In this document: one piece after another, positions 27,414 through 27,511 of the stretch
Numbering within the stretch: position 1 is the first letter of the stretch
How the letters are laid out: every line of letters starts with the position of its first letter
Assembly (NCBI GenBank): GCA_023145395.1
Contig: JAGLDW010000576.1
Coordinates: 1 to 27,511, forward strand
DNA: 27,511 bases
Direction of reading: 5' to 3'
Origin: Lentisphaeria bacterium
GTDB taxonomy: Bacteria > Verrucomicrobiota > Lentisphaeria > Oligosphaerales > Lenti-02
The notes under the pieces: model-generated
Databases searched by the model: none
What the model was told of the DNA's origin: nothing
What the model saw: only the letters and a program-made list of their open reading frames with translations
Program-made: the position numbers and the translations under genes

Positions 27414-27511
27414 ATGGTTTTTTTCATCCTGCGCCGACTCGCCCAGGCCGTGCCCGTTCTCTGGGCCATCGCCACCATCACCTTCTTTATGATCCGGCTG
27501 GCGCCAGGGGA
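27414..27511 (+). CDS. oppB: OppB/DppB-type ABC transporter permease, N-terminus only (truncated by the window edge)
   Basis: Hand translation MVFFILRRLAQAVPVLWAIATITFFMIRLAPG matches the typical OppB N-terminus (ILRRL...P.L....TITF.M...APG). Not in the ORF track. Confidence 0.85.
   Translation, partial: MVFFILRRLAQAVPVLWAIATITFFMIRLAPG

Noticed and set aside
27275-27481. 69-aa N-terminal extension of the sulfatase in the ORF track
   Set aside because: It would overlap the divergent oppB start; sulfatase homology begins at MRTIFILMD.

Overview
GC-rich bacterial chromosomal window, mostly housekeeping genes. The sulfatase, BNR, Gfo/Idh/MocA and DUF1080-type content suggests a PVC-superphylum organism such as Lentisphaerota (inference only). 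Gene order: der (5'-truncated) and maf; a membrane-anchored coiled-coil protein followed by two small ORFs missed by the ORF track (33-aa single-TM peptide, 58-aa lipoprotein); a Gfo/Idh/MocA oxidoreductase fused to a DUF1080-like domain; DJ-1/PfpI (minus strand); coaD-yceD-rpmF-plsX-fabD-acpP-fabF (no fabH or fabG); an orphan lipoprotein; 7TM-HD phosphodiesterase (PgpH-like), ybeY, a CorC/hemolysin-family gene and a tandem two-domain CDP-alcohol phosphatidyltransferase; gltB-gltD (minus); a secreted Asp-box (sialidase-like) protein and a cytoplasmic sulfatase (minus), divergent from a truncated OppB-type ABC permease at the right edge. No mobile element, CRISPR array, rRNA or tRNA was recognised. 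The best leads are the three-gene envelope module at 2111-3766, the active-plus-degenerate CDP-AP fusion, the oxidoreductase/degenerate DUF1080 fusion, a triple-hairpin element at 24067-24190 and a 101-nt pgpH/ybeY overlap. All calls come from motif recognition by eye; no database searches were run.
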